Shown here: one piece after another, positions 7,901 to 14,131 of the stretch | Layout: the number at the start of each line of letters is the position of its first letter | Numbering within the stretch: position 1 is the first letter of the stretch | Assembly: GCA_013791745.1 (NCBI GenBank) | Contig: VMTH01000153.1 | Location: 1-46,468, forward strand | Length of the DNA: 46,468 nucleotides | Source: Candidatus Omnitrophota bacterium | GTDB lineage: Bacteria; CG03 | Reading direction: 5' to 3' | Made by a program: the position numbers and the translations under genes | The notes under the pieces: model-generated | Database searches by the model: none | What the model was told of the DNA's origin: nothing | Seen by the model: only the letters and a program-made list of their open reading frames with translations

Positions 7901-9678
7901 TGCGGCTGGTTATATTTTGATTCACTTTTGGCTAATTTGTCTCCTCCACAAAAAGAAGTGTAATATACTGTGTCAAGATGACCGCCACCGCTATTTCCCC
8001 CTGTGATATAGAGATAACCATTATTAACCACACTGGAATGACCAAGCAAAGAAACGAGAATTTTGTTGGGTGAAGTTGTAAAATTTCCAATGCTTCCGTC
8101 TGAGTTTATTTTTGCGTAATATACTGTGTTCAAAGTACCGGTAGCTACGCTCCCTCCGGTGATATAAAGATAACCATTATAAACCACGCTGACATGACCA
8201 TACAAAGAAGCGGGAATTTTGTTGGTTGAAGTGGTAAAACTTTCTATAGAGCCGTCAGAATTTATTTTCGCGTAATATAACGTGTTCTGATTACTGCTAC
8301 CGGTATTTCCCCCTGTAATGTAGAGATAGCCATTATTAACCACACTGGAATGAAGAGTCAAATTAGTGGGAATATTATTGGTTGAAGTTGTAAAACTTCC
8401 GATGCTTCCGTCTGAATTTATTTTCGCATAATATACTGTGTTCTGCTGACCGCGGCGGCTGGATCCCCCTGTGATGTACAAATAACCATTATTAACCACA
8501 CTGGAATGAGCATACAAAGAAGCGGGAATTTTGTTAGGAGAAGTTGTAAAACTTCCAATGCTTCCGTCTGAATTTATTTTCGCATAATATACTGTGTTCT
8601 GCTGAGCACTGCTGACATTCCATCCCCCCGTGATGTAGAGATAGCCATTACAAACTACGCTGGAATGAGCATACAAAGAAACAGGAATTTTGTTGGGAGA
8701 AGTTGCAAAACTCCCTAAGCTGCCGTCGGGGTTTATCTTTGCATAATACACGGTGTCACTGCTATTGCTTCCTCCAGTGATATAAAGATAGCCATTATTA
8801 ACCACACTGGAATGACTACTCACAGGAGCGGGAATTTTGCTGGATGATTTGATAAATGAATTGATTTCTCCGTTCCCATTATTATCAGCAATTTTTACCT
8901 GCGCGGTATTACCTTTTGATTCTGCATCCGGCGCTTTTTTATTCTTTGATTTTTCTTTGAATAAATTATAACTTTCCCTAATTTCATTCGCCGTCAACGC
9001 GCGTTTGTGTATCGTGACCTCGTCAAGGAGGCCTTTCCAATAATAGGGATAATTTCTATACGCAGGTTCAATTCCTATTGTAAGAGGAGATGGGCTATTT
9101 ACAGTACTTCCACCGCTCACATCAACAGAAATATCCAGGAGAGAGTTTATATAAATTCTGGAACTTGTCCCGTCATGCACCGCCACGATATGCTGCCATT
9201 TATCAGGCTCTAAAATCGCATTACTCTCTATAATATGCGGGTCAAAGCCCTCAACAATAAAACGCACTCGTCCATTATACAAGTCCAATCTATAATTGCG
9301 GAAAGCCTTATCTCCCTTTGAAACTATCATACGGCACTCCGATGCTGTATCATACGGAAAAACCCAGGCTTCTATACTAAGCGGCGGATGCATATTCACA
9401 CTCGCACTGTTGCCGCAATTAACATAATCATTCACCCCGTCAAAACTCAGCGCTTGCCCGTATTTGCCTTCCGTCCAGCTTGCGCCGTATATCGTCCCGT
9501 CGTTGCCGTTGCCGCTGATGTCGTGTAATAAACTGCCTTGTCCCTCGTCGAAATTCCAGTGCGCAATAATATCTTTGTCAACAGCAGATAGAAGGTTAGC
9601 GGAAAATAAAATAGTAAAACAGCATAAATGGACAAATTTATTGTTTAATTGCATATGCATTGCAGATGATGTTAACAT
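4951..9678 (-). CDS. Giant (1575 aa) multidomain envelope protein: signal peptide, LamG-like domain, 6 Kelch-like blades, second LamG-like domain, multi-pass TM block, TPR, FG-GAP/VCBS-like repeats
   Basis: LamG/concanavalin-like signatures occur twice (HWNFDEGQGSLLHDISGNGNDGTIYGASW..LDEVTIHKRALTANEI and RWNFDEGSGNILNDKSGKGNDGTIYGASW..IDETVIYNRALTATEI). Six GYLYITGG..TVYYAKINSDGS blades. About five hydrophobic helices at about nt 6690-7180. TPR-like KGKYKSALRGFKKML..LGKYATAEQYL. DFNGDGIEDI, GDFNGDGIDDIAV and LDLDGDRIDEIAL repeats. The start may be the internal Met at 9660 or 9654. Confidence 0.85.
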   Translation of the reverse strand: MLTSSAMHMQLNNKFVHLCCFTILFSANLLSAVDKDIIAHWNFDEGQGSLLHDISGNGNDGTIYGASWTEGKYGQALSFDGVNDYVNCGNSASVNMHPPLSIEAWVFPYDTASECRMIVSKGDKAFRNYRLDLYNGRVRFIVEGFDPHIIESNAILEPDKWQHIVAVHDGTSSRIYINSLLDISVDVSGGSTVNSPSPLTIGIEPAYRNYPYYWKGLLDEVTIHKRALTANEIRESYNLFKEKSKNKKAPDAESKGNTAQVKIADNNGNGEINSFIKSSSKIPAPVSSHSSVVNNGYLYITGGSNSSDTVYYAKINPDGSLGSFATSPNKIPVSLYAHSSVVCNGYLYITGGWNVSSAQQNTVYYAKINSDGSIGSFTTSPNKIPASLYAHSSVVNNGYLYITGGSSRRGQQNTVYYAKINSDGSIGSFTTSTNNIPTNLTLHSSVVNNGYLYITGGNTGSSNQNTLYYAKINSDGSIESFTTSTNKIPASLYGHVSVVYNGYLYITGGSVATGTLNTVYYAKINSDGSIGNFTTSPNKILVSLLGHSSVVNNGYLYITGGNSGGGHLDTVYYTSFCGGDKLAKSESKYNQPQDAKPEGLVARWNFDEGSGNILNDKSGKGNDGTIYGASWDEGKYGQALNFDGSNDYVDCGSEPDLLPTNSVTYSLWVNPAVMDVNRGIVVSDTKYNGGFNLFTIWNTHTYRIYANINGVLKLYGGPPVNVGQWTYLVATYDGSTIRLYVNGIEYGSGLSAPGTIIGSTKIRIAGTTTGTVSNWKGLIDETVIYNRALTATEIRQLYTSTANSAMTKSEVKPAAPVKQRPTKTVKRTNPDGKRLPFLWVSLPLLIFAMSAAYKWMKIKKSAVPADKKKLSSALLGWFGAGLIFVWIMASFRFIFYGGRFPIIELITHNPLLRLFPLFRHIIVIHTSQGSLSNSISYFIARGIVLLMPFVIIGGILLNALWLIRTSRKAAKRYWMKNAAGIAIFTIIGLLYFPHHGYFNRSLRLLERYYLRTPAAHQELSVKHKTDTTRSKEQNQEIALSNEFITALSKYEKGKYKSALRGFKKMLDKAPDNKKTIIKNNIAAAYIKLGKYATAEQYLKELQQDSYTSVHISLNRAYLYFKMGELERSYEEALPAMTHPGTMRAGDMKEMRNWFQSLSGNDLAVSRSDLAAKLILTLAKNLFVDRKSSRVTYTPENSSTAMYSLHRSEGNNINRLKGINISDAGFAFVDADNDNKNDLVYAAEDGLKIIYGRTLHNRGDFHFDDANSVKIVPEQNDTAKIGALCAGDFNGDGIEDIFFTIVYDDKAQADKLCGIYGGTRITGDWSFNATYPDVYLTSSEKTGLSGSKLQSGDFNGDGIDDIAVTGGGLCVYYGGAIPSAGDILNQSSVNLKFKTEDELGCLADLDGTVQSDYVSVKAGEALYINGKKIKSDSIRRAVKIERITALDLDGDRIDEIALFISGEKIDNIGCVKRGALYILKLNRQKPNSFEEYVYALGGANELKNVFIAPASDACAESLYVLYGTGVFNLQGERDYFVKNKNRLAYAKDYLLVKPSKECPFDDKYPLIFGEYPLKFR
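7950..8860 (-). repeat. Six tandem, highly similar about 156-nt coding repeats (Kelch-like blades) inside the giant gene
   Basis: The anchor string ccatta(t/c)(t/a)aa(c/a)c recurs at 8018, 8174, 8330, 8486, 8645 and 8792 (spacings 156, 156, 156, 159, 147 nt). Long near-identical stretches lie between copies, e.g. gcttccgtctgaatttattttcgcataatatactgtgttctgctga. Confidence 0.85.
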
Positions 9679-9801
9679 TTACCGGCTCAAATAACAATAA
9701 TAATATAGCACCGCATACTGCATGAAACATTGATGCTCGATAACATGGTTGATCTGAAACGAGGGCCGGCCGTTTTCAGGAGTTGTTCTCTTGGACAGAA
9801 T

Positions 9802-10554
9802 TCAAGTGTTTTGGGGCTTCCGCTCAAAAAAACGCTGAAGATAGGCCAGCGCCAGGCCCCGCCATTTTCCCCAGAGTTTTTTTGAGGCTTTATCAAGATC
9901 CGAGTTTATGCGGTAGTTTTCTCTCATTATTTTTTCGGTTAGGCAGTCTATGTAAAAAGCGCCGTAATTTCTTTTCTGGAATATTTCAAAAAGATTCAGG
10001 GAATACGGCCCTATCCCTTTTATTTTGCCGAGAGGAGTTTTCCCATACCCGGCAGCGAGGTTTTTAAGATACGCGCTTTTGTAGCCCAGCCGGAATCCGT
10101 CCAGGTTCCCGAGATAGCTCTCCTGTTTGAAATTCAGTTTTTCATAGAGCCTGAGCATTTGATCGCGGTAATGCGTATAGGAATTATTCTGCGAGACAAC
10201 GGCCCCGACCAGGGCCTCGAAATCGGAATAAGCCGAAATTATCCTTGTGCCTTTTATGCGCGGCAGAAAATTTTTCAAAACCCTGTCGCGTGAGCAGAGA
10301 GTCTTGAATTCAGTCAAGTCCTCATCCGCGCCGAAGCAATAGCGCAGGCGCTTTTTTATTATTTTTTTCTCTTTGTCGCCCAAAGAACAGTCAGCGCTCA
10401 CGGATAAGATGCTGTTTTTCTGCGCAAAGCCCAGGGTGAGGATTTTTCCCCCCGCGAGGATCCTGCGTTCCGGCTTGCGTCCGTAAAAGAAATAAAAAAG
10501 GCCAGATTTAAAAGTCTTATCAAAGTCGATATCTTTTAATTTTATTGAGAACAT
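9802..10554 (-). CDS. HhH-GPD superfamily DNA glycosylase (Ogg/AlkA-like)
   Basis: N-terminal FDKTFKSGLFYFF resembles the Ogg DLxxTLxSGQxFRW motif. FEALVGAVVSQNNS core. Helix-hairpin-helix LGKIKGIGPYSLNLFEIF followed by the conserved Asp (AFYIDCLT). Confidence 0.6.
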   Translation of the reverse strand: MFSIKLKDIDFDKTFKSGLFYFFYGRKPERRILAGGKILTLGFAQKNSILSVSADCSLGDKEKKIIKKRLRYCFGADEDLTEFKTLCSRDRVLKNFLPRIKGTRIISAYSDFEALVGAVVSQNNSYTHYRDQMLRLYEKLNFKQESYLGNLDGFRLGYKSAYLKNLAAGYGKTPLGKIKGIGPYSLNLFEIFQKRNYGAFYIDCLTEKIMRENYRINSDLDKASKKLWGKWRGLALAYLQRFFERKPQNT

Positions 10555-10654
10555 GAAACAATGATAACATAAAAATGAGCGAAAATTAACATCCCTTCCG
10601 GGCAGCGGTTTTGTATGGCGCCGCTGTCCCTCCCTGGAGCCGGCCCTTCTGCGG

Positions 10655-10682
10655 TTGACTAAAAATCTTATTTTGGTAAAAT
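10655..10682 (+). promoter_or_regulatory. Sigma70-type promoter upstream of the first crp-family gene
   Basis: -35 TTGACT (10655-10660), 16-nt spacer, extended -10 TGgTAAAAT (10674-10682). About 50 nt upstream of the ATG at 10735. Confidence 0.45.
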
Positions 10683-10734
10683 AGAAAAAGCTGGCGGCTG
10701 CTTTGTTTGCCGCAAAAGGCGGGTTAACCCATTA

Positions 10735-11415
10735 ATGAATAAAAAAATACAGATATTGCAGAAGATCGAGGCGTTCAGGGGCATTGCGCCGTCAGATTTG
10801 GAAAGCATTCTTGACTTCGGAAAATTCGTACAATTCAAGAACAGGGCTGTCGTAATTAAGGAAGATGAGCCCGGCCATCATATCTATTTTGTGGTGAAAG
10901 GCCGCGCGATGGTGTACAAAACATCCGACGACGGGAAAATAAAATCGCTGTCTATCGTCAACGAAGGCGAGCTCTTCGGGGAAATGGCGATCATAACCAA
11001 TTTGCCGCGATCCGCTTCCGTAAAAGCTATTGGACCGCTGACGCTTTTAAAACTTGACGCCGTTAATTTTAAGAAGCTGCTGAAAGATAATTCCTCCATT
11101 GCCATGTCGGTGCTGGCGAGTCTCTGCCAGCGGCTGCAGGACACCAACAAGCACATAGAGGTGCTCTTTTATCAGAGCGTTCCCGAGCGCACGGTCAAAG
11201 CTCTTGTGATGCTGGCCTCTTCCAAAGGCTCTGTGAAGACCCGCCGCCGGCGGCTTGTGCTGACCCAGCAGGAGCTCGCCGAGCTTGTGGGCTCCGCCAG
11301 AGAAGTGGTGAACCGGACGCTGCAGATCTTAAAGAGGGACGGTATGCTCGTGCTCAAAAAAGGGGCGATAGAGATTCCCGACCTGAACAAACTGAAAGAG
11401 TATAAAATAAACTGA
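10735..11415 (+). CDS. Crp/Fnr-family transcriptional regulator (cNMP-binding domain plus C-terminal HTH)
   Basis: cNMP pocket FGEMAIITNLPRSASVKA. HTH LTQQELAELVGSAREVVNRTLQILKRDGML. Confidence 0.85.
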   Translation: MNKKIQILQKIEAFRGIAPSDLESILDFGKFVQFKNRAVVIKEDEPGHHIYFVVKGRAMVYKTSDDGKIKSLSIVNEGELFGEMAIITNLPRSASVKAIGPLTLLKLDAVNFKKLLKDNSSIAMSVLASLCQRLQDTNKHIEVLFYQSVPERTVKALVMLASSKGSVKTRRRRLVLTQQELAELVGSAREVVNRTLQILKRDGMLVLKKGAIEIPDLNKLKEYKIN

Positions 11416-11418
11416 CCT

Positions 11419-12408
11419 ATGACTAAAAAAAATTTCGCGGGACGGACGCTTGCGGCGATTTTATTTTTGGGCTCTTTCGCGGCGGCGGAGAAACTGCCCG
11501 ATTTGTTCCCCTATAACGCTTATGACGGATACAATCCCGGTGTGAGGAGCGCCGCCATGGGCGGTGCCGGGCTTTGTTCGGTGCTCGACGCCTCGGCCGT
11601 GTATTTTAATCCGGCCGGACTTTACGGCGGGACCAACATGAGCCTTATTTCTTTCAATGTGCGGCAATCGCCAAAGGAATTGGCCGATCAATATGATATC
11701 CTCGGCGGCCGCGCGCTCACCTTCCTGGGCTTCAGGGGCGGCGGCATGGCTGTGGCGTGGCAGCCGCTTTCCAACATGATCTCAACCGGCACAGCGTCCT
11801 CAGCCCTCGAGGTCAAGGTCAACAAGTTCACCATGTCTTTTTCCAACAATGTCGGCGGCGGCATGAATTTCGGAATGAACATAAATTATTTTTCCGGATA
11901 CATGGGCTTTACCTCTTCCTCGTCGGCAAAAATTTCAGACGCCAACGGTTACGGTATTGACTGGGGCATCACTTACAGGGCTCATCCGAACATCACTTTC
12001 GCGGCGTCGCTGTTCAATTCCCCCTCATCCATCTCCTGGAGCGGCTATGATGCCCACGACCTGCCCGTGATCAGGCGCACGGGGGCGATGGTTCAGTTGA
12101 GCCGCCTCCTGACAGTGTCATCCGAAATGGAGCTCCGCAAATACGGCAAAGCCCGCGGCGACGGCAAAAAAAATATAAAAATATACCACGCCGGCCTGGA
12201 ACAGAGCATAGGGGATATTATTTTTCTCAGAGGCGGGATCTTCGGTGAGGATCTCAATGATAATAATAAGACAGGGTATTCTGCCGGCATAGGCTGGTAT
12301 CAGGACAGAGTGAATGTGGATATATCCTGGCAGAAAGAGTACCCGCCGATGTCTTCCCATGACGAATATCTGGAAACATTTTCCTTTTCGGTCAATTCGC
12401 CGTTCTAA
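11419..12408 (+). CDS. Putative outer-membrane beta-barrel protein
   Basis: Signal peptide (LAAILFLGSFAAA), alternating Gly/aromatic beta-strand-like composition, C-terminal aromatic residue (..SVNSPF). 3-nt gap after crp. Confidence 0.5.
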   Translation: MTKKNFAGRTLAAILFLGSFAAAEKLPDLFPYNAYDGYNPGVRSAAMGGAGLCSVLDASAVYFNPAGLYGGTNMSLISFNVRQSPKELADQYDILGGRALTFLGFRGGGMAVAWQPLSNMISTGTASSALEVKVNKFTMSFSNNVGGGMNFGMNINYFSGYMGFTSSSSAKISDANGYGIDWGITYRAHPNITFAASLFNSPSSISWSGYDAHDLPVIRRTGAMVQLSRLLTVSSEMELRKYGKARGDGKKNIKIYHAGLEQSIGDIIFLRGGIFGEDLNDNNKTGYSAGIGWYQDRVNVDISWQKEYPPMSSHDEYLETFSFSVNSPF

Positions 12409-12435
12409 ATTTACAAACCCGTTCCAGCGCATAAA

Positions 12436-13848
12436 ATGCTGACAAAAAAAATAGAGCTTGAAAAACTGCTCGCCGCCGCGCAGGATAAAGATTTCGTTCA
12501 TCTCGCTTTTGACTGGGCCGAAAAACATCACCTCCCACAGCAGAGGCTCGATGGGTCACCGTACATATTGCATCCCTACCGCGTGGCGCTGGAATTGGGA
12601 AAGTGGAGGATGGACGACACGGCACTGATAGCGGGGCTTCTGCACGATCTTGTGGAGGACACGGATGTCAGCGTGGAAGAGATCGAATCCGAGTTCGGCG
12701 CTGAGATATCTTCAATTGTGGCGGCCCTCACGAAAATTAAAGAGCTGCCCTCTTTTTCCAAGGACACGGAAAATCTCAGACAGCTCATACTCGCCATGGG
12801 TAAAGACGTGAGGGTCATAATCATAAGGCTTGCGGATAAACTTGACAATATGCGTACGGCGGAATTTCTTGAGGCCTCCCGCAGAGAGGGTTTCGCCAAA
12901 GGGGTTCTTGAGATATACGCGCCTCTGGCGCACCGCCTGGGAATGAATATCGTCAAGGCCGAGCTCGAGGACAGGGCTTTCGCCGTGCTGCATGAGGGCG
13001 AATACAAAAAAATACAGGAAAGGCTCCGCCTTCTTCATCCGCGGGCCAGCCAGACGATAAAAAAGGTGGAGCATGAGTTATCGCATAAATTTCACGCCAG
13101 CGGCCTCACGGATGTTATTATCCAGGCGAGAGTGAAAAGCCCTCTGAGCATTTACCGAAAAATGCGGAAACAGAGCAAGGGCATAGACGAACTCGAGGAT
13201 ATTGTCGCCGTGCGCGTTATCAACGAGAATAAAGCGGACTGCTACAAAACGCTCGCCCTGCTGCATGAAATATATGTTCCGGTGGAAGGATCTTTTACGG
13301 ATTACATATCTTACCCCAAATTAAATATGTATCAGTCAATACACACGACCTGCGATGTCGGCGGGGAAATCATTGAGTTTCAGATCAGGACAGGCGATAT
13401 GCACAGGACCAGCGAATACGGCATCGCTGCGCACTGGAGGTACAAAGACATGTCCGCTCTCGCCGCTAAGGGGCTGAAAAACTGGCTGGATTCATTCTAC
13501 GAATGGCAGATGGACAAGCTTTCAAGGGATGAATTCATACACAACCTCAAAACAGAGCTGAGCTATGACGAGATCTTCGTTCTCACGCCCAAAGGCGATG
13601 TGAAAAGGCTCCTCAACGGTTCCTCGGCGATAGATTTCGCGTATGCCGTGCACAGCGACATAGGAGATCATTTCAGGGGCTGTCTGGTTAACGGTGTTAT
13701 GCAGCCGATGGGTTATATTCTCAAAAGCGGCGACCGCGTTGAGATCCTGACAGCCAAACGCGCGCACCCGTCAAGCGACTGGCTGAAAATAGCGAGAAAG
13801 CCTTCGGCAAGATACAAGATCCGCCGGCGGTTAAGAAGCGGGGATTGA
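12436..13848 (+). CDS. rel: RelA/SpoT-homologue (p)ppGpp synthetase/hydrolase, short form (HD-SYNTH-TGS only)
   Basis: HD motifs HPYRVA..LLHDLVEDT. Synthetase motifs RVKSPLSIYRKM, YQSIHT, EFQIRT..AHWRYK. TGS IFVLTPKGD..GDRVEILT. The protein stops about 25 aa after TGS. Confidence 0.9.
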   Translation: MLTKKIELEKLLAAAQDKDFVHLAFDWAEKHHLPQQRLDGSPYILHPYRVALELGKWRMDDTALIAGLLHDLVEDTDVSVEEIESEFGAEISSIVAALTKIKELPSFSKDTENLRQLILAMGKDVRVIIIRLADKLDNMRTAEFLEASRREGFAKGVLEIYAPLAHRLGMNIVKAELEDRAFAVLHEGEYKKIQERLRLLHPRASQTIKKVEHELSHKFHASGLTDVIIQARVKSPLSIYRKMRKQSKGIDELEDIVAVRVINENKADCYKTLALLHEIYVPVEGSFTDYISYPKLNMYQSIHTTCDVGGEIIEFQIRTGDMHRTSEYGIAAHWRYKDMSALAAKGLKNWLDSFYEWQMDKLSRDEFIHNLKTELSYDEIFVLTPKGDVKRLLNGSSAIDFAYAVHSDIGDHFRGCLVNGVMQPMGYILKSGDRVEILTAKRAHPSSDWLKIARKPSARYKIRRRLRSGD

Positions 13849-13852
13849 AGTA

Positions 13853-14035
13853 TTAGACCTTGCGCACGTTTTTGAAACAGGAAACGCACACGTAGCCCGA
13901 CTGTGTTTTGTTGTTATATTCAAAGCGGATTTTCTGGAGATTCACGCCCCATGTCCGCCTTGTCGCGCGATTGGACTTACTGCGGTTGTTGCCCGCCATG
14001 GCTTTTTTTCCGCACACGCTGCATATTTTTGACAT
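13853..14035 (-). CDS. rpmB: 50S ribosomal protein L28
   Basis: MSKICSVCGKKAMAGNNRSKSNRATRRTWGVNLQK.. matches the L28 pattern. GGAGG lies 8 nt upstream of this ATG. The listed start at 14089 is an upstream extension. Confidence 0.9.
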   Translation of the reverse strand: MSKICSVCGKKAMAGNNRSKSNRATRRTWGVNLQKIRFEYNNKTQSGYVCVSCFKNVRKV

Positions 14036-14131
14036 AATTTTTATTCCTCCACTTTGGAGAATGCTATAAAATTTTCTAAAATTACGCAAGCATTCAACCG
14101 AAATTAAAAATAAGTTGGAGAAGGATTCTTT

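Noticed and set aside
7950-8860. Regular ~156-nt repeats that could superficially suggest a CRISPR-like or satellite array
   Set aside because: The repeats are contiguous with no unique spacers. They lie in one long open frame and encode Kelch-like blades.
7752-9564. Possible DGR template/variable-repeat pair (two similar lectin-fold-coding segments)
   Set aside because: There is no reverse transcriptase in the window. Differences between the copies involve all bases rather than adenine-specific substitutions. Both copies are N-terminal parts of domains in the same ORF.
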